64,000 nt of DNA from Archangium sp. (GTDB taxonomy: Bacteria; Myxococcota; Myxococcia; Myxococcales; Myxococcaceae): the NCBI GenBank assembly GCA_031412555.1, contig JANODF010000069.1:1608-65607 (forward strand), written 5' to 3'. Below are positions 39,072 to 47,314 of this stretch, piece after piece. Numbering within the stretch: the stretch's first letter is position 1; each line of letters begins with the position of its first letter. Both the position numbers and the translations under genes were made by a program. The notes below the pieces were generated by a model. It was not told the DNA's origin, ran no database searches, and saw only the letters and a program-made list of their open reading frames with translations.

Positions 39072-39127
39072 GCCCTGCCCCTCTTACGGTAGTTCTGGCG
39101 CCCTGAGCCGGTTACGAGTGTGCCCCC

Positions 39128-40393
39128 ATGTCTGAACGCTCCGGACTTCAGTTCTCGCTTCTCGGTATCCCGGTGCGCATCGAGCCGTGGTTCTTCATCA
39201 TTCCGCTCTTCGGGCTGCAGACCCGCGACATGCGCGGCGCGCTCATCTGGAGCGTGATCGTCTTCGTCGCCGTGATGCTGCACGAGTTCGGGCACGCGTT
39301 GGCGATGCGCGCGTACGGGTTCTCTCCGTCGATCACGCTGCATGGCTTGGGTGGCCACACCAGCTATCCCGAGAGCGCCCGGCCTACCCCGCGGCAGAGC
39401 TTCTTCGTCACGCTCGCGGGTCCGGGCGCTGGTTTGACCCTGGGATTCATCGCGCTCGCCGCGAGGCACTTCATCACCTCGCCCAACGCCGATCTTCAGA
39501 TGGCGCTCACAGACGCGGTGGAGATCAACATCGGCTTGTCGATCATCAACCTGCTGCCGATTCTGCCGTGGGACGGCGGTCACGTGCTCGACTCGGGTCT
39601 GCACTGGGCCACCGGCAAACGACGTGACCGCGTCGTGGCGCTCTTCAGCATCGTGGGCGGCGGGTTGGTCGTCGCCTTCGCCGTCTGGCAGCGATCGATC
39701 CTCCTCGGGTACTTCGGTGCGATGGGGCTGTTCCAGGGCTACGGCCGGTGGAACCTCGCCGGTCAGGGTCCGCCGCCGGTCACCGCGGTGCAGAGTGAAG
39801 ACGAAGAGAAGCGGCTCCAGTTCGCGTTGATGAGCGTGGTCGATCCGCAGCAGCGCGCGAAGCTGACTGAAGAACTGGCCTGGGTTCGCCTGCGCAAGGG
39901 CGACTTCGCGGGAGCACGCCGCGCGGTGAACACCATGACGGGCGCCACGCCTTCGATCTCGCTGCAGGCCCGGCTCGCTGCGACAGAGAACGACGTGGAC
40001 AAGGTGATTCAGCTGCTCGAGCCCGCGGGCGCGGGCACTGAGAATGAGCGGCCGCTGCTGATGTCAGCACTGATCGCCCACGAGCGCTTCGACGATGCCG
40101 TCGCCCTCGCTCGTAAACACGTGGAGCTCGCAGGCAGCGGATCCACGCGGCTGTTCGAGGCAGGCGCGTATGCGCAGGCGCTCGAGCTGTGCACCAGCGA
40201 GCGCATTCGGACCGGTGATGGCGTGCACGCGTACAACGAGGCGTGCTGCCTGTGTCACCTGGGCCGGTTGGAGGATGCGGTCACCGCGCTGCAGAAGGCG
40301 AAGGCGCTCGGCTACGGCGGGCTCGCCCAGATTCGGACGGATGACGATCTCGCGCAGGTGCGGAACCGGCCCGAGGTGCAGGCGCTGCTGTAG
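39128..40393 (+). CDS. M50-family (site-2 protease type) membrane metalloprotease with C-terminal TPR-like domain
   Basis: HEFGHAL lies in a TM helix, followed by NLLPILPWDGGHV. The C-terminal helical repeats end at ALGY... Confidence 0.8.
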   Translation: MSERSGLQFSLLGIPVRIEPWFFIIPLFGLQTRDMRGALIWSVIVFVAVMLHEFGHALAMRAYGFSPSITLHGLGGHTSYPESARPTPRQSFFVTLAGPGAGLTLGFIALAARHFITSPNADLQMALTDAVEINIGLSIINLLPILPWDGGHVLDSGLHWATGKRRDRVVALFSIVGGGLVVAFAVWQRSILLGYFGAMGLFQGYGRWNLAGQGPPPVTAVQSEDEEKRLQFALMSVVDPQQRAKLTEELAWVRLRKGDFAGARRAVNTMTGATPSISLQARLAATENDVDKVIQLLEPAGAGTENERPLLMSALIAHERFDDAVALARKHVELAGSGSTRLFEAGAYAQALELCTSERIRTGDGVHAYNEACCLCHLGRLEDAVTALQKAKALGYGGLAQIRTDDDLAQVRNRPEVQALL

Positions 40394-40470
40394 CCCGCTG
40401 TGCAAATCTGCACGGGGTGCGTGCAGGGCCGGGCGTTTCCACACAGGCCGCCCACCGCTATCAAGGCACC

Positions 40471-41598
40471 ATGCGAATCACCCGACTCATGGTCTGCCTC
40501 ACCCTCGTTGCCTGTGGTGCGCCCGCTCCGACCGAGCCCGTCGAGCCGGAGTTGGTCTTCCCCGCGGAGCACGCGGCCTCCACCGAGGTCATCGCCTACG
40601 CGGAGTTCGATGCGGGTCAGGCCAGTGAGGAAACCGAGATGTCGTTGGCCCTGGGAGAAGAGTACCCACGCGAGTTGGTGGTCCGTCCGAGCAAGGGCTA
40701 CGCGCTGGGCGCCGGCTGCGGAACGGACCTTGGCAACCTGACATGGGCGAGCCTCACCTCGGTGGAAGGCGATGCGGCGGTCGTCGCACTCGAGTCGGGC
40801 GAGTTGAAGGTGTCGATCCAGAAGGAAGGCACGGTCTCGTTGCTGCTCGCAGGTGCGGTGGACCAACAGGATTGCCCCGCGGCGGATGGAACCAGGTTGA
40901 CCACCGTTCCGTTGCAGCATCGGCTGACGATGCGCGTCCACCGGGCGGTATCCGTGCTGGTGGAACAGCAGCATCAGCGATGGCCGGAGTGCGAGACGAA
41001 CGTGGTGCTGCCCTCGAACACTCTGTTCTGGGCGCCGCGCGTGCTTTTGGTCAACGCCGGGGGCCAACAGTTCTCGGCTGCAAACGCCCCGACGCCGAAC
41101 GGGCTGACGTTGCGTTCGAGTGGAGTCATCACCACGGAGGGAAGTCAGGCACGCGCCGAGCCCGGGCATGTGTCGATCTCGGTGAACACCTCGTTGCCCG
41201 TGCACGGGCTGCTTTCCTTCGAAGTGGTGGGCCCGGAGAGCGTCACCTCGGTGCAGGCCGAACTCTATCTGCGCAAGGCGGCCTCCAAAGGCAACGTGTC
41301 GGAGCCGCTCGTCGACGATCGGTCGTACCTGATCTGGAACCCAGGCCAGCTCAACTCGGTCGACCTGCGCGTCGGTGAAGTGCAGACGAGCCAGGGGCGG
41401 CTCTGCGCCCCGGTTCCCAACACGTGGTTCCAGGCCGTCTCTGCCACGCCAGCCCAGTGCGGTCCGTTCTCTGATGACGAACGATGGGGTGCAGACGTGG
41501 CCGTCGCGAAGATTCTCGGCGCAGGTGAGTGCCGTCTGGAGATCTCGCTGCCCGGCACCACCCAGCGCTGGACCACAAGATTCAAGACGACGAACTAG
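40471..41598 (+). CDS. Hypothetical lipoprotein
   Basis: ATG at 40471 gives MRITRLMVCLTLVACGAP (lipobox). The composition suggests a beta-rich protein. Confidence 0.65.
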   Translation: MRITRLMVCLTLVACGAPAPTEPVEPELVFPAEHAASTEVIAYAEFDAGQASEETEMSLALGEEYPRELVVRPSKGYALGAGCGTDLGNLTWASLTSVEGDAAVVALESGELKVSIQKEGTVSLLLAGAVDQQDCPAADGTRLTTVPLQHRLTMRVHRAVSVLVEQQHQRWPECETNVVLPSNTLFWAPRVLLVNAGGQQFSAANAPTPNGLTLRSSGVITTEGSQARAEPGHVSISVNTSLPVHGLLSFEVVGPESVTSVQAELYLRKAASKGNVSEPLVDDRSYLIWNPGQLNSVDLRVGEVQTSQGRLCAPVPNTWFQAVSATPAQCGPFSDDERWGADVAVAKILGAGECRLEISLPGTTQRWTTRFKTTN

Positions 41599-41655
41599 CC
41601 GTGCTCCTTCGGGGTGGGGGGCCGACCCGGCAACGAACTGTCGTATCGTCGGGCC

Positions 41656-42024
41656 ATGGCGATACGGGGTCGGGCGTTGATTCTGCTGTTTGCATTCACG
41701 GGTGCTGCGTTCGCCGCCGAACCCGCACCGCTTCCCCTGATCGGCTCCGACACGCCAGACGCCTGGGGCGTACCCACCAGAACCGCGAACAAGCTCGTGC
41801 TGCGCCGAATGCTCTTCGAGCGCCGCTTCGTCGAGTTGGTGACCGCGCTCGAGGGCCTGCAGGCCATGTCCGACGCCGACTGTCAGCTCGAGCTCATGGG
41901 CCTCGACGCGTTCGAAGCCTTTCAGTCCAGGCGGAGAAGCTCGCCATGGATCTCGATCCGTTCGATCCAGCGATCCCGAAGTGACTCAGCGCCAGCGTTG
42001 GTCGGCATGCGTGGGGCCGTGTGA
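41656..42024 (+). CDS. Small secreted hypothetical protein, possibly frameshifted near nt 41925
   Basis: MAIRGRALILLFAFTGAAFAAEP is a signal peptide. After ...LDAFEAFQS the frame becomes Arg/Ser-rich with rare codons and overlaps the convergent gene. A -1 frame reads VQAEKLAMDLDPFDPAIPK and stops at 41984. Confidence 0.35.
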   Translation: MAIRGRALILLFAFTGAAFAAEPAPLPLIGSDTPDAWGVPTRTANKLVLRRMLFERRFVELVTALEGLQAMSDADCQLELMGLDAFEAFQSRRRSSPWISIRSIQRSRSDSAPALVGMRGAV

Positions 42025-43224
42025 TGTCACCCCCACCCGTGCACCGAGCCTGCGCTCGACCCAGTCGGCGAAGTCTCCGTCGGGAATCGGAGCCAGCGTT
42101 GGCGCTGCCCGTGAGAGCGCTCGAGTCAACGCGCTCTGCTGATCGAGCCGCTCGGGCGAGCCTTCAGGCGCGGTCAACGTCGCCAACTCGAAGTCGTAGC
42201 TCTCGACGAAGCGCGCCTGCACTCGGTCCACGTGCGTGAGCGCGAGCCAATCGACGCCACCATTCGCCCTGATCGCGTAGCGGAACAGAACGGGATCGAA
42301 CCACCCAATGCGAAACGCACCCTGCCAGCCCGCGCTCTGATTGTGAGGCTCGGGCAACACCAGTTCCCTGGACTCCGACGGGAGCGGGCCCGCACCGTGC
42401 CGGGTCAACATGGAGCGCAACACGCCCACCTTCTCCACCTGATGCGGCGAATCGCGCAGCCAGTGCAGCGCGTTACGCGCGGTGCAGGTGCTCCACGTGG
42501 TGTGAGGGTGAAAGCCGTGGTGTTCATCGAGCAGGATGCCTTGAGCACCTTCGAACACGATCGTGTGATCGCGGTTCACGTGCGCTGCTTCTTCATCGGT
42601 CATCAGTCGAAGCGGCAACGCGCGCACCACCTCCAACCAGCGCTGGGCCAACGATGGGTCCTGAAGCATCGACCAGTCGCCGTCCCGCGCGACTTCGGCA
42701 GGCAGCGACTCGACCAGCCGCACCCGAATGCGCTCGAGCTGTTCGCCGGCGCCGCGCAGTGCACCCAGCCGAAGTGCGTCGTCCGCGTGAGACAGCGCAT
42801 CACGCACCGTCTCGCCCACGCCGACGCCGCAGGTGCCGTTCCCCAGCAGGCGCTCCCTCAACCGACCCGCGGCCTGATGAAACGGAGTCGTCACCAGGCA
42901 ACGCGGATCAGCGGTGAGGCGAGTCATCGCATCGGGCACACCAGCGCGCGCGAGGTAGTCGGCTTCGACCGCGAGCGCGGTGGGGTGCACCACCACCTGA
43001 GCCGCGAGATGGGTGCGCACGCCTTCCACCAACGTGCCCGCGCCGAACTGCGCGAAGGTGTGGTGACGCCCCTCAGGCAACACCACGTTGTGACCTGCCT
43101 GCGCGCCGCCATTGAAGCGCACCACGAGACGGGCATCGAAGCGCCTGGTCAGCGCGTCAGTCACCGTGCCTTTGCCACAATCGCCAAAGCCGAGGCCGGT
43201 CACGATGAAGGCCCGCGGATTCAT
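41986..43224 (-). CDS. Adenylosuccinate synthetase-like protein (divergent PurA paralogue)
   Basis: ATG at 43224 gives MNPRAFIVTGLGFGDCGKGTVTDALT...VVRFNGGAQAGHNVV...GTCGVGVGETV. These are PurA family blocks, but the P-loop GDEGKGK reads GDCGKGT. Confidence 0.7.
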   Translation of the reverse strand: MNPRAFIVTGLGFGDCGKGTVTDALTRRFDARLVVRFNGGAQAGHNVVLPEGRHHTFAQFGAGTLVEGVRTHLAAQVVVHPTALAVEADYLARAGVPDAMTRLTADPRCLVTTPFHQAAGRLRERLLGNGTCGVGVGETVRDALSHADDALRLGALRGAGEQLERIRVRLVESLPAEVARDGDWSMLQDPSLAQRWLEVVRALPLRLMTDEEAAHVNRDHTIVFEGAQGILLDEHHGFHPHTTWSTCTARNALHWLRDSPHQVEKVGVLRSMLTRHGAGPLPSESRELVLPEPHNQSAGWQGAFRIGWFDPVLFRYAIRANGGVDWLALTHVDRVQARFVESYDFELATLTAPEGSPERLDQQSALTRALSRAAPTLAPIPDGDFADWVERRLGARVGVTSHGPTHADQRWR

Positions 43225-43277
43225 GTGTGGAGATCGCCAGACCTGCCATTCGCAATCAAGCGTGGCATCGTCTGCGA

Positions 43278-43865
43278 ATGGCATCACCGCTGGTGCACGA
43301 GTCGCTCAGAAACCCGCCGGTCACGCTGCCGCTCTCGGAGCGGGTCAACTTTCAGAGCCTGTTCGAAGGCTTGTTCGTGAAGGCGCTGGGGCCCGTTCCT
43401 CCCGAGGTCAAACTGGAGCTGAAGGCCGTGGGGGTCGATGTGGATCGTCTCCAGGCGGCGTATCCACAGAAAGTGCTCATCGCCGCTCTCGATGTGGCCT
43501 CAGGCCACTGGTTTCCCGGTGAGACGGTGGAGAGCGCGTACATCAAGCTCGGCTTGCGGAACATCGAGGGCTTCTTCGAGACCCTGATGGGCCGGCCGAT
43601 CCTGGCGTTGCTCAGGTTGATGGGTCTGAAGCGCACGTTGGGTCGCATGCGCACGAACTTCCGCAGCGCGAACAACTACGCCGAGACGAAGCTGGCCGAA
43701 GTGAGCCCGACGGAGTTTCAGCTGTGGGTCAACGAGACGGGTGAGTTCAGGTTCTTCACCCAGGGCGTCATTCAGGGCGGCGTGCGGGTGACTGGTGGGC
43801 CGAATGGCGTGGTGACGGTGATCGACACCAATGAGCTCGGCACCGTGTATCAGATCAAGATTTAG
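43278..43865 (+). CDS. DUF2378-like protein (myxobacterial paralogous family)
   Basis: ATG at 43278 gives MASPLVHESLRNPPVTLPLSERVNFQSLFEGLFVKAL...YPQKV...ETLMGRPILALLRL...FRSANNY. The length and pattern fit the TIGR02265-type family as I recall it. Confidence 0.55.
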   Translation: MASPLVHESLRNPPVTLPLSERVNFQSLFEGLFVKALGPVPPEVKLELKAVGVDVDRLQAAYPQKVLIAALDVASGHWFPGETVESAYIKLGLRNIEGFFETLMGRPILALLRLMGLKRTLGRMRTNFRSANNYAETKLAEVSPTEFQLWVNETGEFRFFTQGVIQGGVRVTGGPNGVVTVIDTNELGTVYQIKI

Positions 43866-43900
43866 CCCTCACCCCGACCCTCTCCCGAAGGGAGAGGGAG
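43866..43900 (+). repeat. REP-like element, copy 6
   Basis: ccctcaccccgaccctctccc-gaa-gggagagggag, filling the gap between the convergent DUF2378-like and vWA genes. Confidence 0.8.
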
Positions 43901-43901
43901 T

Positions 43902-44879
43902 TCACTTTCGCTTGAGTCTGCTGGGCCCGTCGGACACGTCGAGGACCTCGGCCGTCGACTCGAGCTTCAGCTTCGGAGCATCGTCTTTGCCCAGGCTCGC
44001 TGCGTACGGCATCAACGCGCGCGCCACCCGACCGATGCGACGGCCATCGAAGCCACCGTCACGCAGCTGCTTCGCCACGGAATCGAGCGTGTGCAGGCCC
44101 TGCCCCAACGCGAGCAGACCTGCCACGACCACGGTCGTGTCTTCGGGGCTCTCCAGACACACCACGCGATCGCCGAGCAGGTCACGCCACGCACGTTCAC
44201 ACTCCGCCCGGCGTTCGAGATCGGGAATGAGGAAGAACGGCTCGAAGGCGTGCTGCACTTCTTCCACCACCGACGCGAGCGGGAGATCGACCTCGAGATC
44301 TTCACCCAGCCACTGCTTCACCGCCTTGCGCGACACGTGGCTGTACGGCTTCTCGTCGCCGGTGAGGAAGAGGTACCCGCGCTGGCCCCGCTTCCGATGG
44401 CAATCGAGATCGAGGTGACGCGCCGCGAAGTAGAGAGCCAGGTCGTACGACTCGCGGTTGCCGGCACCGCCGCCGCCTTCGAGCCAGGACCAGGTGAGCC
44501 ATTGATCCATCAGCTCTGCGGTCGACTCGAACTGGCCGACCTGGAGCGGCGCGCGATCATCGAACGCATCGCCCACCGCCATGAACAACACCTGGGGATC
44601 CCGAATGCCGAACTCCCCCAGGCGCTTCATCAGCCCCGGGAGATCGTGCCGCGCGAGCCGTTCAGGCACCGCGCCCATCGAGCCGGTGACGTCGAGCGCG
44701 AAGGCGATGGCCAACGACTCCGGGTGTTGCGCGCTGTCGCGGCTCTCACGCAGCCCCACGCCGCGCGGATCCATCAGCGCATGGCAGGCGCGCTGCGCAA
44801 AGAGCTGCTGCGTGGGCTTCGTCGCTCTCTGCGAGGTCAGCGCCGCGTGGGCTTCGTAGCTGTACGCGCCGTACCCCAC
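43902..44879 (-). CDS. Cytoplasmic vWA-domain protein, paralogue B
   Basis: No signal peptide. The N-terminus is MGYGAYSYEAH. MIDAS is FALDVTGSM, followed by QVGQFESTAELMDQWL and YLFLTGDE. It is clearly paralogous (by eye, over most of its length) to the gene immediately upstream. The start lies 1 nt after that gene's stop. Confidence 0.8.
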   Translation of the reverse strand: MGYGAYSYEAHAALTSQRATKPTQQLFAQRACHALMDPRGVGLRESRDSAQHPESLAIAFALDVTGSMGAVPERLARHDLPGLMKRLGEFGIRDPQVLFMAVGDAFDDRAPLQVGQFESTAELMDQWLTWSWLEGGGGAGNRESYDLALYFAARHLDLDCHRKRGQRGYLFLTGDEKPYSHVSRKAVKQWLGEDLEVDLPLASVVEEVQHAFEPFFLIPDLERRAECERAWRDLLGDRVVCLESPEDTTVVVAGLLALGQGLHTLDSVAKQLRDGGFDGRRIGRVARALMPYAASLGKDDAPKLKLESTAEVLDVSDGPSRLKRK

Positions 44880-44880
44880 G

Positions 44881-45762
44881 TCACGCCTTCCCGTTGGCCG
44901 TGGCCCAGGGCCGCAGCGCTTCGGTCACCTGCTTCGCGCGCGTGTTGCCCGACTTGGTGAGGCTGGCTTCGAGCTGAGCGAGCCCCGACACGGCGCCTTC
45001 TCCCAGCGCGACGAGGCCGGCCGCAGCTGCGCAGGTGTCTGCGGGATCATCGAGCACGATGAACGACTCTTTGAGGTACGGGGTCCAGAAGGCCGAGACA
45101 CTCGCACCACGCTTGCGATCGGGCGCGATGAAGAACGGGTGGAACGTGCGCCGCACATCGGTGATGACCGCGTCGAGCGCCATGTCTTGCACGTCGGTAC
45201 CGATCCACTTCTTCACCAGCGCACCGGCGAGCGTGGTGTTGGAGGGCTCGTCGCCCGTCATGAACAGGTAGCCCTTGCGCTGACGCTTCTCCCAGCAGTC
45301 CATCGCGACGTGGCGCGCGAAGAAGTGGAACGCCAACTCGTAGAGTTCGTCGCCGCCGCCTTTGAGCGAACACTTGGTGAGCCAGCGATCCATCAGCTCG
45401 GCGGTGGTCTCGAACTGGCCGACCTGCAACGGCCGTCCATCGCCCGTCACGTCGGTCAGCGCAGCGAAGAGCACCTGCGGGCTCGCCACCTTCGCGTCGG
45501 TGAGCAGCTTCATGAAGCCAGGCAGTTGCTTGGTGGCGATGTCGACGGGAATGCTGGCCATCGAGCCGCTGATGTCGAGGGCGAAGACGATGCCCAGGGA
45601 GTCGGGGTTGTCCTTGCTGTCGCGCGACTCGCGGTACTTCACGCCCTTCGGATCCATCTTCGGATCGACGACGGTCCCCTTGAAGACCGCGGCGGCCGAC
45701 TGGCCCGCGCGGCTGGTGGTGATCGCCTGATGCGCTTCGTAGCTGTACGACCCGTAACCCAT
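44881..45762 (-). CDS. Cytoplasmic vWA-domain protein, paralogue A
   Basis: No signal peptide. The N-terminus is MGYGSYSYEAH. MIDAS is FALDISGSM, followed by QVGQFETTAELMDRWL and YLFMTGDE. It lies 24 nt downstream of the pseudokinase gene. Confidence 0.8.
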   Translation of the reverse strand: MGYGSYSYEAHQAITTSRAGQSAAAVFKGTVVDPKMDPKGVKYRESRDSKDNPDSLGIVFALDISGSMASIPVDIATKQLPGFMKLLTDAKVASPQVLFAALTDVTGDGRPLQVGQFETTAELMDRWLTKCSLKGGGDELYELAFHFFARHVAMDCWEKRQRKGYLFMTGDEPSNTTLAGALVKKWIGTDVQDMALDAVITDVRRTFHPFFIAPDRKRGASVSAFWTPYLKESFIVLDDPADTCAAAAGLVALGEGAVSGLAQLEASLTKSGNTRAKQVTEALRPWATANGKA

Positions 45763-45786
45763 GGGAAAGCTCCTTGCGGTGCGGCG

Positions 45787-46737
45787 TTAGTTCCAACCAG
45801 GCATCGAAAACGGCACGTACTTCGGCGGGCCGAACACTTCGCGGGCCACACGATCGACTTCAGCGATGAGCGCCCACCCGTCGGAGAAGCTCGCGGCGCG
45901 ATCCAGCAGGTGCTGCAGCGGTTCGGGCACCGAGGGGCCGAGGAGCGCCTGCACCGCGCGCGCACTCATGGAGAAGTCGAGCGCGGGCTGCGCCTCCACG
46001 CCCGGCGAGAGGCCACCCGCGGTCACCTTCACCTGTTCGCCGATGCGGGTCGCGCAAGAGAAGCCGATCAACCGCACACCGTGATCACGCGCGTGCACCA
46101 GCAGGTGCTCCGGCAACACCGCGGCGTGCACCCAGCCTGCGCCATGCAGCCACGCCAACGACTCGAGCACGCGTTTCCACAACCAGATCGACGCGCCCGC
46201 GGGAACTCCACCCGGGTACTCCGCGCGCACGTCATCGAAGGTGTGCACGAAGCCCGACGCGAGCCCGAGCACCATCACCTGGCGCGTGCCTTCGGTGCCG
46301 TGAATACCGAGGCGTGCTTCTCCGAACGCGACCGGCGAGGGCATCAAGCGGGAAAAATGCGCAGTGCCGTCACGGGTGGCGCGCTGGAGCGCAGAGAGCA
46401 CCTCCCACTCGCTGCGGAAGACGTCGAGATCGCCAGCCGCGCGCAGCATCTTCACCACCACCTGCTCCGAGAGGCGGTGATCGAAGCGGCCGAGAAACAC
46501 GTCGCTCGAGCTGCCCTTCGCCACCCGCCCGTCGAGGATGTAGCGGCGGCCACCCGCCCACAGCCGCGTCCGCCCGGGCTCCGGCAGATCGATCTCCGGC
46601 GGTTGCATCAGCCGCACGCCACCGGCCGTGGGCACGAGCGCGACGCCGCAGTAGTCGCAATGCATCACACCCGTCGGTGCCAGCTTCGGCAGCGGCGCAT
46701 TGCACTGCGGGCAGGTGACGAGCGTGTAGGTGACCAT
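45787..46737 (-). CDS. Zinc-ribbon + protein-kinase-like protein lacking both catalytic Asp residues (predicted pseudokinase)
   Basis: The N-terminus CPQCNAPLP...HCDYCG is a 4-Cys ribbon. The kinase-like core keeps the Gly-rich loop remnant AKGSSSDVF, the Lys (VVVKML) and the Glu (EWEVLSAL). The HRDLKPxN position reads HAAVLPEH and the DFG position reads GFS. Confidence 0.75.
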   Translation of the reverse strand: MVTYTLVTCPQCNAPLPKLAPTGVMHCDYCGVALVPTAGGVRLMQPPEIDLPEPGRTRLWAGGRRYILDGRVAKGSSSDVFLGRFDHRLSEQVVVKMLRAAGDLDVFRSEWEVLSALQRATRDGTAHFSRLMPSPVAFGEARLGIHGTEGTRQVMVLGLASGFVHTFDDVRAEYPGGVPAGASIWLWKRVLESLAWLHGAGWVHAAVLPEHLLVHARDHGVRLIGFSCATRIGEQVKVTAGGLSPGVEAQPALDFSMSARAVQALLGPSVPEPLQHLLDRAASFSDGWALIAEVDRVAREVFGPPKYVPFSMPGWN

Positions 46738-46938
46738 CCGTCGTGCAGCGTAGGCAGGTGCGTCTGCAACTTCTCAGGGAAAACGAAGCCTCCGTTTCCG
46801 CGTGGGCACTCTTCGACGCCTCCACCTCGACGTCCGTCTCCGGCGGCGGCTCTCGGTTTGCCGGGGTGTTCTTCTTGTTCTTTGCTTGATGCCTTTTCTG
46901 TCTGGCAGTTGGCCTGGGTTGCTTGCAAGGTGCGCGGA

Positions 46939-47301
46939 ATGATCACCACCCGTGCCCACGTCATCGTCGCCTTGTTTGCCATGCTCTCGTTGCAGGGCTG
47001 CTTCTCATCGGCCGTTCGAGCCAGCGGACCCAACGGCTCACGGCACTCCTCGGCGGGAGCGTCGCTCTTCTGGGGAATCACCACGCCGACTCACGGCGCC
47101 ACGCAGTGCACCAACGGGCTCAAAGAGGTCGAGATGTATCGCCCCTGGTACTCCTATCTCGTCGCGCTCGTCACCATCGGCATCGTCACCCCCATCACCA
47201 GCCAGTGGGAGTGCATGGGCGACAGCAGGATGGGTGACAGCAACAGGGGCGACACCAAGGCAGCCCCCATCGCCCCTCCCGCGATGGACCCGAAGTCGTA
47301 G
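46939..47301 (+). CDS. Bor/Iss-family lipoprotein homologue
   Basis: These are the last 120 codons of spurious ORF 45139..47301. MITTRAHVIVALFAMLSLQGC has a lipobox. SLFWGITTP...ATQCTNGLKEVEM...LVALVTIGIVTPITSQWEC parallels lambda Bor (HHFFVSGIGQ...KICGG...VKTE...GFITLGIYTPLEARVYC). Confidence 0.65.
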   Translation: MITTRAHVIVALFAMLSLQGCFSSAVRASGPNGSRHSSAGASLFWGITTPTHGATQCTNGLKEVEMYRPWYSYLVALVTIGIVTPITSQWECMGDSRMGDSNRGDTKAAPIAPPAMDPKS

Positions 47302-47314
47302 AACCCAGCCTCGC

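Noticed and set aside
45139-46938. Most of the 720-aa plus-strand ORF 45139..47301.
   Set aside because: It is antisense to the well-supported vWA and pseudokinase genes. Its composition is Arg/His/Ala/Gly-rich (RHRG..., HRxR runs) and it has no recognisable domain. This is the typical shadow ORF of a high-GC genome. Only its last 120 codons (46939-47301, the Bor-like lipoprotein) are kept.
46738-46938. Possible sigma-54 or sigma-70 promoter motifs (TTGGCCTGGGTTGCTTGCA) in the divergent region between the pseudokinase operon and the Bor-like gene.
   Set aside because: The GG-to-GC spacing is 10 or 14 nt instead of 12, so it does not fit the -24/-12 geometry. No convincing -35/-10 pair was found either.
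43902-47301. Prophage or mobile-element origin for the vWA/pseudokinase/Bor-like cluster.
   Set aside because: The window contains no integrase, transposase, phage structural genes, tRNA attachment site or flanking direct repeats. Codon usage looks like the rest of the window.
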